Positions 37,580-47,340 of a stretch of DNA of 64,000 bases are shown piece after piece. Where the stretch lies: contig JAHJRI010000073.1 in the NCBI GenBank assembly GCA_018830885.1, positions 180-64,179 on the forward strand, in the 5' to 3' direction. Positions within the stretch are counted from its first letter, which is position 1. The number at the start of each line of letters is the position of its first letter. Below the pieces are notes generated by a model. The model searched no databases and was not told the origin of the DNA. It worked only from the letters and a program-made list of their open reading frames with translations. Made by a program: the position numbers and the translations under genes. The stretch comes from a bacterium. GTDB taxonomy: Bacteria > SAR324 > XYD2-FULL-50-16.

Positions 37580-37750
37580 GGGCACCTTGATTCATGAAAA
37601 TTGTCGAGATTACCGCACCAAAGGGTTGATCTTTCAAGAAACGCACGCACGAGTCCATCCATGGAGCTCCTGGAAGCTTTTCATGGCTTCCAGGGTTCTT
37701 GAAACATCTACCCGTTGATGCTGACTGAGTTCCAGTTAATCAAGGTGCCC
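37580..37750. repeat. Family-A palindromic TIR element (full length), second copy
   Basis: GGGCACCTTGATT...AATCAAGGTGCCC with the same nested arms and core as 13716-13882. Possible degenerate 8-bp flanking duplication (TTTTGACT / ATTAGACT) if the TIRs extend 3 nt outward. Confidence 0.85.
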
Positions 37751-38306
37751 GATATTAGACTGGAGCGTTGGTGTTTTGACCGGAAAACAGGTTTCCTTTC
37801 TGATGGTTATTGTCTATTCCACTGTGAAGGAAGCGCTGTAGCCTGGCATCCGTCAGCGAATGAGCGGATTCCATCCGGCGCGTCACGTTTTGTTGAAAAT
37901 CAAGTTTGAACTGTCACCCGGCTCAGGCAATAAACCGATCCGTGAACTGAATGAGAACGTTTTTCCTGATCGTATTTTAATAACACGTTCCATTTTCTGC
38001 TATTGACCGTCAAGTCCTTAAACCGGTTTTTCGCTGGAATAAATGGTTTATCACAGTCAACCCTTTTTGAACTCAGCCATATACGAAAAAGAGATATTTG
38101 TGTTTTTTGTTGTCTGCGATTCTCACGGGTTTACCAGTTCAGTTTTTGTCCTTTTTCAATCACGGTTCCGGTTTTACACGCACCTCTCGGCCTGTTGACA
38201 GGCCTTGTCTCGTTCCATTTCTGAATGGGTACCGGAAAATGTCTGACGGACGTGGTCGCTGTATCCGGATTGACAGAAAACCGGATAATATTCGTCGATC
38301 CGGAAA

Positions 38307-38479
38307 GGATGCACCAAATATGTGTGGGTACCTGTAAGCGGAAAGAGGTTGTTTGTTCAGAAAACCTTGGAAGCCAGGGATGGATTCCAGGAGCTCCAAG
38401 GATGGATGCATGCGGTTTTCTGAATAAATAACCACTTGAAGCGGTTATGATCACAACCCCACATGTTTTTGGTGCACCC
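38307..38479 (-). mobile_element. MITE-like element B2 (173 bp) with 8-bp target-site duplication
   Basis: Perfect direct TCCGGAAA at 38299-38306 and 38480-38487. TIRs GGATGCACCAAATATGTG and (rc) GGGTGCACCAAAAACATGTG. It is an inverted copy of B1. Confidence 0.85.
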
Positions 38480-38643
38480 TCCGGAAATTTATGTTTGACT
38501 TTACAGGTGCAAATTTCTATTATTCTCAACCAGGCTGAAGAAACGAGCGGGTCGCTGGAATGTCCCCTGTCGATTTCTGATGCTTCGTTGTTTCCGGATC
38601 TTTTCTCATTTTTTGTTTTGCCCGGCAGGGCATGTAAAATTGT

Positions 38644-40023
38644 ATGAACATCTTCAAACGACGCTGGTCCTGCGACGGCGGCTACTCTACTGTCCTGAAA
38701 ATAGCAATCCCGCTGATTCTCAGCACTGGCGCCTATTCCGTGCAGCATTTTATCGACCGCATGTTTCTCTCCTGGTATTCAGCGGAGGCTGTTGCCGCAG
38801 CGATGCCGGCCAGTATCCTGAGTTTTACCATCCTCTGTTTTTTCATCGGAACAGCATCATTTGTCAGCACCTTTGTGGCGCAGTATTATGGCGCCAGGCA
38901 GTATGACTATATCGGGCGGATTGTCTGGCAGGGGATTTACTTTTCCCTGACAACCATGGTGGTGATGCTGCTGGTGATTCCTTTTTCCGACCGGATATTT
39001 GCACTGGCCGGGCATCCGCCGGAGGTCCAGGTGCTTGAGAGTCGCTATTTTTTCATTATCTGCCTCGGTGGGTTTTTCCCCGTGGCCTCATCGGCGATCT
39101 CCGGTCTGTTCAGTGGTCTGGGACGAACCTGGACGGTCATGTGGGTGAATTTTGCGGCCACCGGGGTCAATATTATTCTCAACTATGGCATGATATTTGG
39201 GCATTTTGGTTTTCCGGAGTGGGGTATTCAGGGTGCTGCCATCGCGACAGTCATTTCTTCGGTCATAGCCACACTGCTGTTCCTGGTTCTGATGCTGACA
39301 CCGGCATATCGAATGCGATATGGTACCTGGCGTGGCCGGTTGTTCAATCAAAACCTGTTCCGGGATCTGCTTCGATTCGGGGTCCCATCCGGGATACAGT
39401 TTTTCCTGGATATGCTGGGCTTCACACTCTTTATTCTGCTGGTGGGTCGGATCGGCACCATTGAACTGGCGGCAACAAATATCGCGTTTAATATAAGTAT
39501 GCTATGCTTTATGCCCATGGTCGGTCTGGGAATCGCCATCTCGGTTCTGGTCGGACAGAATCTGGGTGACAACAACCCCGGAATGGCTGAATTCAGCACC
39601 TGGTCCGGGACCCATATCTCTTTCTGCTACATGACCAGTGTTGCTTTTCTGTTTGTCGTTTTTCCCGGTTTTTTTCTGACGCCGTTCGGTTATGATGCCG
39701 ATCCTGAATCCTTTAAGCCGATCTTTGACTACGGCGTGGTGCTGCTGCGTTTTGTCGCGCTCTATACGCTGTTCGACACGATGAACATCACCTTCTCATC
39801 GGCCCTGAAAGGCGCCGGTGACACTCTTTTTGTGATGAAAGTGATTGTCCTGGTTTCCTGGCTGGTGATGGTCATTCCCTGCTATCTGGCCATCGTGATT
39901 TTTAACCAACACCTCTTTGTCGCCTGGGGCTTTGCCACTGCCTACGTGGTCTCCCTGGCATTTGTGTTTTTGACCCGGTTCTTGAAAGGCAGCTGGAAGA
40001 CAATGCGGGTGATTCGGTATTGA
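38644..40023 (+). CDS. MATE-family efflux transporter
   Basis: 459 aa, 12 TM, with the typical N-terminal LKIAIPLILS and a duplicated 6-TM organisation. Confidence 0.85.
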   Translation: MNIFKRRWSCDGGYSTVLKIAIPLILSTGAYSVQHFIDRMFLSWYSAEAVAAAMPASILSFTILCFFIGTASFVSTFVAQYYGARQYDYIGRIVWQGIYFSLTTMVVMLLVIPFSDRIFALAGHPPEVQVLESRYFFIICLGGFFPVASSAISGLFSGLGRTWTVMWVNFAATGVNIILNYGMIFGHFGFPEWGIQGAAIATVISSVIATLLFLVLMLTPAYRMRYGTWRGRLFNQNLFRDLLRFGVPSGIQFFLDMLGFTLFILLVGRIGTIELAATNIAFNISMLCFMPMVGLGIAISVLVGQNLGDNNPGMAEFSTWSGTHISFCYMTSVAFLFVVFPGFFLTPFGYDADPESFKPIFDYGVVLLRFVALYTLFDTMNITFSSALKGAGDTLFVMKVIVLVSWLVMVIPCYLAIVIFNQHLFVAWGFATAYVVSLAFVFLTRFLKGSWKTMRVIRY

Positions 40024-40403
40024 TGTTCAATTGACAGCGTGCCTGTCCGGGGAAGAAATCCATATAATAGATTGTAATTTAATCAATACCAAAAAAGGCA
40101 TTTGCCATCCCGCCAGTTGTCCATCTATAATTCCATAGCATTGGATCCAGTTGCGCGTATCAGGTAACCGCAATGTCCTGCAGGCATCCGGAACATGGAT
40201 ACACTCAGAAAGATGGCGTGAATTCGCTGGTTCAGGTTTATCAACTGCCGCCAGCCGCATTTTCTGAATCGCAGCCACCCGGTCAGGGTATTTAAGATTT
40301 CCACACCAGACCCGGGAAAACCGCCCCGGGTAAAACCGATGGAAACAGTACAGTTCTCATCAGAAAGGAAAATAGCGTAAAATAATGCGTGAATGGAGGC
40401 TAA

Positions 40404-42206
40404 ATGGCAGGAAAATTTGTCAGTGAAAGGAATATCAAGTTTTTGCTCTACGATGTGTTCGATATTGAGTCGTTAACGAACTATCCGTATTTTTCAGACC
40501 ATAATAAAAACACATTCAACATGGTCCTGAAGGCAGCATCCAAACTTGCCAAGGATAAGCTCTTCCCGGTGTTTGAGGAGATGGACAGATCCCAGCCGGA
40601 ACTGGTGAACGGGGAGGTCGTGGTTCATCCATCTGTCAGGGATATCCTGCATGAATATGCTGAAGGGGGGTGGATAAGCAGCATTTTCCCCTACGATGTG
40701 GGTGGCGAACAACTTCCATCGATGATAACGGAGGTTTGTCATTTTATTTTTGCCTGTGCCAACTATTCAGCCGGTGCTTATTCCGGTCTGACGTCGGGAG
40801 CCGCAGGTCTGATCATCTCTTTTGGCAACAAGGCGCTGTATGATCGGTTTGTACCAAATATGTTCAGCGGGAAGTGGCAGGGGACCATGGCCTTGACAGA
40901 ACCGGAGGCCGGCTCATCCCTGTCGGATATCCGGACTGTTGCCGAGCCGACAGACGGCGACTATTACACCATCAAGGGGCAGAAGGTGTTTATTTCGGCT
41001 GGTGATCACAATTGTGTTGAAAACGTGGTCCATCTGATGCTCGCCAAAATCAAGGGTGCGCCCCCCGGCGTAAAGGGCATCTCGCTGTTTGTTGTGCCCA
41101 AAAAACGGATGGAAAACGGCCAGCTTGTCTCAAATGATGTGACGACTTCCGGGGTTTTTCACAAGATGGGCTACAAGGGCTGCCCGATTGTCCAGCTGGA
41201 TATGGGGGATGCCGGGGACTGCCGGGGCTGGCTGGTAGGAGAACCCAACAACGGCCTGAGATACATGTTTCAGATGATGAATGAAGCCAGAATAGACGTC
41301 GGTCTTGGTGCCAATGCCATGGCGACCGCGGCCTACTATGCATCCCTGGAGTATTCAAAGAGTCGTCTCCAGGGGCGAAGGGCTTCTGAAAAGGAACCGA
41401 CAAAACCCCAGGTGCCGATTATCGAGCACGCCGATGTCAAGCGTATGCTGCTTTTTCAGAGAGCAATCAACGAGGGTGCTCTGGCGCTGTTAATGCAGTG
41501 CAGTAAATATGTGGATCTCCTGCAGGTGCTGCCGGAAGTGGAGAAGGAAAACATCCATCTGTTGCTTGAGCTGCTGACCCCTGTTGCCAAAAGCTACCCT
41601 TCCGAAATGGGTATTCAGGCGATCAGCCAGGGACTCCAGTGTCTGGGTGGTTCCGGCTACTGTGATGACTACCCCCTGGAGCAATATTACAGGGATGCCC
41701 GTATTCATCCGATTCATGAGGGAACGACAGGTATCCAGGGAATGGATATCCTCGGGCGTAAGGTCATCATGAAAAACGGCAGGGCCTTTGTCCTTTTTCA
41801 GGAGGAGGTTGTGAAAACCGTGCAAGCAGCGGAGGCGTATCCGGAACTGCTGCCGTTTTCAAAAAAACTGGCAGATGCGCTGCAACGGTGCCGGAACATC
41901 ACCGCGCATTTATTAACGGTAGCCCAGAGCCAGGGAATTGAGGTGTTCCTGGCCGACGCGGTACTGTATCTGGAGATGTTTGGGATTGTAACGATCGCCT
42001 GGCAATGGCTCAAGCAGGGGGTGGCCATTCAGAAACAGCTGGGAGGAAAGGTGTCTAAAAACGATCTCCATTTCTTCACGGGGAAGATGGTTGTCCTGCG
42101 ATTCTTCTACAGTTATGAACTCCCGAAAATCAGCGGTCTGGAGGAAAGACTGCTGGAGAGCGACGGTTTGACGGTGAAGGCCGGTACGGATTGCTTTATC
42201 GACTAG
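40404..42206 (+). CDS. Long-form acyl-CoA dehydrogenase family protein
   Basis: 600 aa. ACAD core (MALTEPEAGSSLSD, KGQKVFISAGDH, LGGSGYCDDYPLEQYYRDARIHPIHEGTTGIQ) plus a ~150-aa C-terminal extension. Confidence 0.8.
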   Translation: MAGKFVSERNIKFLLYDVFDIESLTNYPYFSDHNKNTFNMVLKAASKLAKDKLFPVFEEMDRSQPELVNGEVVVHPSVRDILHEYAEGGWISSIFPYDVGGEQLPSMITEVCHFIFACANYSAGAYSGLTSGAAGLIISFGNKALYDRFVPNMFSGKWQGTMALTEPEAGSSLSDIRTVAEPTDGDYYTIKGQKVFISAGDHNCVENVVHLMLAKIKGAPPGVKGISLFVVPKKRMENGQLVSNDVTTSGVFHKMGYKGCPIVQLDMGDAGDCRGWLVGEPNNGLRYMFQMMNEARIDVGLGANAMATAAYYASLEYSKSRLQGRRASEKEPTKPQVPIIEHADVKRMLLFQRAINEGALALLMQCSKYVDLLQVLPEVEKENIHLLLELLTPVAKSYPSEMGIQAISQGLQCLGGSGYCDDYPLEQYYRDARIHPIHEGTTGIQGMDILGRKVIMKNGRAFVLFQEEVVKTVQAAEAYPELLPFSKKLADALQRCRNITAHLLTVAQSQGIEVFLADAVLYLEMFGIVTIAWQWLKQGVAIQKQLGGKVSKNDLHFFTGKMVVLRFFYSYELPKISGLEERLLESDGLTVKAGTDCFID

Positions 42207-42676
42207 CCCGTCATCCAATGATCTGCAGTATTCCCCATGCTGCAGATCCTGCAACCATATCCGGACAGGGTATCCGGTCAGACGTGCGCTGGGGTCCTGT
42301 TCGTTTGACGTTTTGCCGCAGACACTGCCGATCACGTTTTTCTTGACATAACCCCGCGTGGTACTGTAATTCACTATCGTGCATTAACCGTATTCTTCTG
42401 ATAGAGACGCTCTGGCTCCCCGATAACGCATGGACACGGACATCGATGGTCCCCCCTGATCCTCACCTTTAGGAGACGTCATTTCAAGAGCCTTATAGAT
42501 CGTTGAATTGCAGACCGCAGACATGCTGATATGCGTGTCAGCGCCGACATCCATTTTATAACCCAGGTAACCACCTGTTTTGTGCAGGACTGATATCGAT
42601 CCGTTGATCATTGATTTATCGTCCGGATAGCGGATCCCGATACTTTTGGACCAGAAACCGATTGAAAGGAGTTGTC

Positions 42677-44104
42677 ATGATTTTACCAAAAAAAGGAGTT
42701 GATAAAACCGAGATTTCAAAAAGACTGGATGCGTTTCGGACCGGGGATCTGGATTGGCGGTCGGGGAAGGTATTCGGATATGTCTTCGATCCCGGCAAGG
42801 AAGCAATGGAAGTGGGCAAGGAAGCATATATGAAGTTTCTGACTGAAAACGCCCTGGATTTCACCTCGTTCCCAAGTCTTTACAAGTTCGAAAAAGAGAT
42901 TGTGGAGATGGCTGTCACGCATCTCAACGGCGGCACAGAAGCTGTCGGGAATTTTACCAGCGGCGGCACGGAAAGCATCATCCTGGCGGTCAAGGCGGCC
43001 CGGGATCATGCCCGGGTCCATAAACCGGGAATAACTGAGCCTGAAATGATTCTGCCGATCACAGCCCATGCCGCCTTTCACAAGGCGGCCCGCTACCTGA
43101 ATGTCAAAGTGGTTCCCATACCGGTCGATGATACCTTTCGGGCGGATGTCAGCGCTTTGAAAGGTGCGATTACCCCTAATACGATTCTCATCGTTGGGTC
43201 TGCGCCTTCCTACGCCCATGGCGTTATCGATCCCATTGCAGCCATGGCCGCCGTGGCAAAGGAAAATGGGTTGCTGTTTCATACCGATGGCTGTGTCGGC
43301 GCTTTCATGCTGCCGTTTTTCAAGAAACTGGGCGAGCCGGTCCCGGATTTTGATTTCAGTGTCCCCGGGGTGACATCGATCTCGATGGACCTGCATAAAT
43401 ATGCCTATACCCCCAAGGGTGCGTCGCTGGTCCTCTACCGTAACAGAGAGATCCGCAGACACCAGATTTTTGCCTGTTCCCACTGGACCGGGTATACGAT
43501 CATCAATAATGCGATATTGAGCTCCCGGACCGGCGGGCCCATGGCTGCCGCCTATGCGGTCTTGAATTTTCTGGGAGAGGACGGGTACATGGATATTGCC
43601 CGCAAAAAAATAGAAGCCACCAAAAAACTGCTGGCTGGTGTCAGAAAGCACAAGGACCTGCGCATCATGAGCGAGCCGGATTTCTGCATGTTCTCGTTTA
43701 CATCCGACACCATCAGTGTCTTTCACCTGATCGATGAGATGAATTCAATCGGCTGGTATATTCAACCGGCGCTCTCCTATGAGAATTCCAGGCAGAATAT
43801 TCACCTCTCCATCAACTTTTCCAACGTGGAATGGGTGGATGCGTTTATCAAAGACCTCTACAAAAGCATCGAAAAAGTGAGGGGTGTAAAGTATGGAGAA
43901 CTGGGTGACGTTTTGAAGAAGGAGTTCGAAAACAAGGACCCGGACTCTTTGAGTGATCAGGATATTCGCCAGCTGCTGGAAATGGGTAGCATTGGCGGAG
44001 AGGGGTTTCCGGAAGCCATGGCGGATATCAGTGAAATGCTGAATGCGCTGCCGGCCAAACTGAGAGAGAGACTTCTGATCGAGTATACCAACGGTATTTT
44101 TTAA
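42677..44104 (+). CDS. PLP-dependent group II decarboxylase / sphingosine-1-phosphate-lyase-like enzyme
   Basis: Start at the ATG at 42677, preceded by AAGGAG. FTSGGTESI and SMDLHKYAYTPKG (PLP lysine) are typical of the SPL/GAD-like fold-type I family. Confidence 0.7.
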   Translation: MILPKKGVDKTEISKRLDAFRTGDLDWRSGKVFGYVFDPGKEAMEVGKEAYMKFLTENALDFTSFPSLYKFEKEIVEMAVTHLNGGTEAVGNFTSGGTESIILAVKAARDHARVHKPGITEPEMILPITAHAAFHKAARYLNVKVVPIPVDDTFRADVSALKGAITPNTILIVGSAPSYAHGVIDPIAAMAAVAKENGLLFHTDGCVGAFMLPFFKKLGEPVPDFDFSVPGVTSISMDLHKYAYTPKGASLVLYRNREIRRHQIFACSHWTGYTIINNAILSSRTGGPMAAAYAVLNFLGEDGYMDIARKKIEATKKLLAGVRKHKDLRIMSEPDFCMFSFTSDTISVFHLIDEMNSIGWYIQPALSYENSRQNIHLSINFSNVEWVDAFIKDLYKSIEKVRGVKYGELGDVLKKEFENKDPDSLSDQDIRQLLEMGSIGGEGFPEAMADISEMLNALPAKLRERLLIEYTNGIF

Positions 44105-44145
44105 AGTCCCATTCGGATTTTCAACCGCTTCAGGAGGAACACCCC

Positions 44146-45510
44146 ATGCACAGCCCTTTCCCCTTTGAGCCACTGCTGGTTTTTGGATTCCTGTCCATCA
44201 TGCTTCTGTCCGGTACCGTCTTAAGGGCCAGGGTACCGTTTATCCAGAGATACCTTTTTCCCAGCTGTCTCCTCGGCGGGGTGCTGGGTATTATCCTGGT
44301 AAACCTGGACCTGGTGACGGTTTCGTCAAACCAGTTGGAAACCTTTGCATATCATTTCTTCAATCTATCCTTTATCTCAGTTGGACTGACCCGAGATTCC
44401 AATACGCAACAAACGGATGCAGACAAAGGGAAGTTTTTAAAGGGAACGCTGTGGATGGCGTTAACCCAGGGAATTACTTTTCCGCTGCAGGCGCTGATCG
44501 GCGGGGTTTTTGTGCTCGTCGCCGGTCTGTTTGGGATGAACCTGTACAAAACATTCGGGTTTCTGGCCCCCCTGGGATTCAATGAAGGTCCCGGACAGGC
44601 ACTCTCTTTCGGAAAAGTCTGGGAGGGGGTCGGCTTCGCTCATGCAGCGACCATCGGGTTGACATTCGCCGCCGTGGGTTTTATTTTCGCTTTTTTCGTC
44701 GGGGTCCCGCTGTCCAACTGGGGTATCCGGAAAGGACTGACCAGGGACGGGATCAAAGAGCTGCCGCGGGAATTTATTACAGGGGTGATTCCCAAATCTC
44801 AGACCGGGGAATCCGCCGGAAATCTGAAGCTTCATTCCAGCAATATTGATTCAATGGCATTTCAGGCCGCCATCGTGGGATTGGTCTATGTCCTGGCCTA
44901 TTTTCTGGTCGACGGCATCGGGATGTTGTTTGGTGAGGAAATCGCGAAAATGCTCTGGGGCTTTTTCTTTTTCTTCGGCTTGGCAATTGCTGTCCTGGTG
45001 CGGCGAATCATGGACCTGTTCAGTATCGGTTATCTGGTGGACAGTGGTATTCAGAAACGGATCACCGGCTGGTCGGTGGACTATCTGATTGTAGCGACGG
45101 TTCCGGCGATACAGATAGCTGTTGTCTGGGATTATATTCTGCCGATTACATTCATCTCATTGATCAATGGCCTATTGACAACGCTGGTGGTGCTTTTTCT
45201 GGGCCGCCGACTGATTTCGGAAAACCTGGAGCGGATCGTTGCCATTTATGGCACCGTTACGGGGACAATTTCCTGTGGTCTGCTGCTGCTTCGGATCGTT
45301 GATCCCGAGTTTAAAACGTCGGTGGCGATTGAACTGGCCATGATGAATATATTTGTGCTGCCGATTCTTTTTCCTTGTCTTTTACTGGTGAATGCCCCTG
45401 TATTGTGGGGGTGGAGTCTCGAACTCACCCTGCTGGCGTTTGTCGGGATGATCCTGATTTCATTTACCCTGATGAAATTGCTCAAGCTGATTGACAGGCC
45501 TCGCTTCTAA
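44146..45510 (+). CDS. Sodium:glutamate symporter (GltS/ESS)-like transporter
   Basis: 454 aa polytopic membrane protein with a GltS-like N-terminus (LLSGTVLRARVPFIQRYLFPSCLLGGVLG). Confidence 0.55.
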   Translation: MHSPFPFEPLLVFGFLSIMLLSGTVLRARVPFIQRYLFPSCLLGGVLGIILVNLDLVTVSSNQLETFAYHFFNLSFISVGLTRDSNTQQTDADKGKFLKGTLWMALTQGITFPLQALIGGVFVLVAGLFGMNLYKTFGFLAPLGFNEGPGQALSFGKVWEGVGFAHAATIGLTFAAVGFIFAFFVGVPLSNWGIRKGLTRDGIKELPREFITGVIPKSQTGESAGNLKLHSSNIDSMAFQAAIVGLVYVLAYFLVDGIGMLFGEEIAKMLWGFFFFFGLAIAVLVRRIMDLFSIGYLVDSGIQKRITGWSVDYLIVATVPAIQIAVVWDYILPITFISLINGLLTTLVVLFLGRRLISENLERIVAIYGTVTGTISCGLLLLRIVDPEFKTSVAIELAMMNIFVLPILFPCLLLVNAPVLWGWSLELTLLAFVGMILISFTLMKLLKLIDRPRF

Positions 45511-45969
45511 GCGGGTTTTAGAACATGATATTCATCCGGGTGGATGTCTGCATCATGAATCTTACGTTTAAGTTTGATGCACGGGACTTCCTCGAATTGC
45601 TGGTTGGCCGTCATTGCCAAATGAACTACCCTGCCGCAAGTGAGAAACGAAACTTGCCGCTTCGAAGGGGGTATCACGCGTCATTCCGTAAAGCCGGCAT
45701 CCAGGAGCCTATTTACTGGATCCCGGATCGGTGTCCGGGATGACCGGACACCGCAAGCGGCAGGGTATTATATCCATGTTGCTTAATAAAATGACCCCCC
45801 CCCAAAAAAAAAGCGATATGGTTAGAATGGATTCCGTGCTTTGATTCTCGATGAGGGGGACATCATCCAGGTGAACCCTGTTTTTCATGGCGCATCACAG
45901 CCTGTTTTTTTGGAGGCGTGTGGGAAGCGTGTGATTGGTGATTGCGTTTATATTCAAGCATGGGTAAAT

Positions 45970-46162
45970 TCAGACAGGAGTCGCGGTCGCAGCAAAGAAC
46001 GCTTCCCGTGAAGACGGCCATGCGCGACCGTCGAGAATGAGTTCAATGACATATAGGTCTTCACGTCTATGGTGGAACCTGAATAGCTTTCCAACGGGCC
46101 TACAGCCCGCCTCAATTCTCAAGCAACAACCGAAAAATGACCGGTTGTTGCTTAAAAGATAC
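45970..46162 (-). repeat. Family-C structured repeat, inverted copy
   Basis: The reverse complement reads GTATCTTTTAAGCAACAACCGGTCATTTTTCGGTTGTTGCTTGAGAATTGAGGCGGGCTGTAGGCCCGTTGGAAAGCTATTCAGG...CATTGAACTCATTCTCGACGG. This matches 31892-32060. Confidence 0.8.
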
Positions 46163-46288
46163 GTTTCCCCCAGCATTGGGGCAGGGGGTTGAAGAAATCA
46201 AGCCAGAGGCAGACATGAATGCTTTATGATCACTGAGATAAAGCAGTTTTATCCATCTGCAGCTTTCAAGGTTTAACAGGAGCCGGTT

Positions 46289-47242
46289 ATGTATTTTCCA
46301 GTTGCAGATATCACCCTGAGCCCATGGATACCACTGGTGGTGGCGTTTGGGATCTCGTTTTTTACCTCCATGGCTGGCATCTCCGGCGCATTTCTGATCC
46401 TGCCATTTCAGATGAGTGTTCTTGGGTTTGGTACGCCGGCCGTGAGTTCGACCAATCAACTGTATAATATCATTGCCATTCCGAGTGGTGTCTATCGCTA
46501 TCTCAAGGAAGGACGGATGGTTTGGCCGCTGACCTGGGTTGTCATTATGGGCACGCTGCCGGGGGTCATGCTGGGGGCTGTGATACGGATTCGATACCTG
46601 CCGGATCCCAGAAACTTCAAAATGTTTGCCGGTCTCGTTCTTCTGTACATCGGCGGGAAGTTGCTCAAAGACCTGCTGACAAAACGGAATAACCAAAAAC
46701 CATCTGCAGAACAGGATTTTCAGAAATTCATCCTGCGGAAAAAGGGGGCGCTTGCATCCCATGACGCATCTGGACTGGATAAGCAGCCTGTTGTTACGGT
46801 GAAGGCGTTCACCCTTTCCCGAATCCGGTATGAATTTTTTGACCAGGAATTTGATATCAGCGTTCCAGGGGTGATGATCCTGAGTCTGGTGGTCGGTATT
46901 ATCGGTGGGGTATACGGTATTGGCGGCGGTTCCATCATCGCCCCGTTTTTTGTAGCCATCTATGGTCTGCCGATCTATACAATCGCCGGGGCGGCTTTGA
47001 TGGGCACGTTTGTGACATCTGTGGCGGGTGTGCTGTTTTATCTGTTTCTGGTACCATTTTATCCCGAGCTGGTCATTGGACCTGACTGGGGATTGGGATT
47101 GCTCTTTGGCCTGGGTGGCTTCATAGGCATGTATTCCGGCGCTTTCGTCCAGAAATTTGCGCCCGCCAGGGGAATCAAATGGCTGATGGTCATTTGTATC
47201 CTGTTTATAGCGGGTAGCTATATTCTCTCTTTCTTCGGGTAG
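46289..47242 (+). CDS. TauE/SafE-family sulfite/anion exporter
   Basis: 317 aa in two halves of 4 TM, with a duplicated GGxxxxPxL-type motif (GISGAFLILPF, GIGGGSIIAPFF). Confidence 0.72.
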   Translation: MYFPVADITLSPWIPLVVAFGISFFTSMAGISGAFLILPFQMSVLGFGTPAVSSTNQLYNIIAIPSGVYRYLKEGRMVWPLTWVVIMGTLPGVMLGAVIRIRYLPDPRNFKMFAGLVLLYIGGKLLKDLLTKRNNQKPSAEQDFQKFILRKKGALASHDASGLDKQPVVTVKAFTLSRIRYEFFDQEFDISVPGVMILSLVVGIIGGVYGIGGGSIIAPFFVAIYGLPIYTIAGAALMGTFVTSVAGVLFYLFLVPFYPELVIGPDWGLGLLFGLGGFIGMYSGAFVQKFAPARGIKWLMVICILFIAGSYILSFFG

Positions 47243-47340
47243 GTGATGTAACCGCATCAGCAGCGGCACAAAGAACCGTGGCGAACAGGTTGATCCGGAC
47301 GGCTGTCCGGTTCGGGGGGGCAGTCATGACTGAAGCGGTC

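Noticed and set aside
37555-37662. 36-codon N-terminal extension of the Na/Pi transporter ORF.
   Set aside because: The extension is the translation of the family-A repeat arm. The transporter-like hydrophobic N-terminus starts at the ATG at 37554.
23850-38479. The inverted B1/B2 pair as the ends of a 14.6-kb composite transposon carrying the SRAP and imu genes.
   Set aside because: Each copy has its own matched 8-bp duplication (CCTCAGTG for B1, TCCGGAAA for B2). A composite transposition would duplicate the same 8-mer at the two outer ends. The intact TSD pairs also argue that no inversion has occurred since insertion.
38131-38748. 205-aa minus-strand ORF between the Na/Pi and MATE genes.
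   Set aside because: It reads straight through MITE B2 and into the antisense of the MATE gene start. It has no motifs and low-complexity content.
42207-42610. Possible pseudogene remnant on the minus strand (ORF 42384-42611, and the 5' part of 41913-42374).
   Set aside because: The two fragments are in different frames and have no motif I can recognise. One extends antisense into the ACAD gene. I could not tie them to any family.
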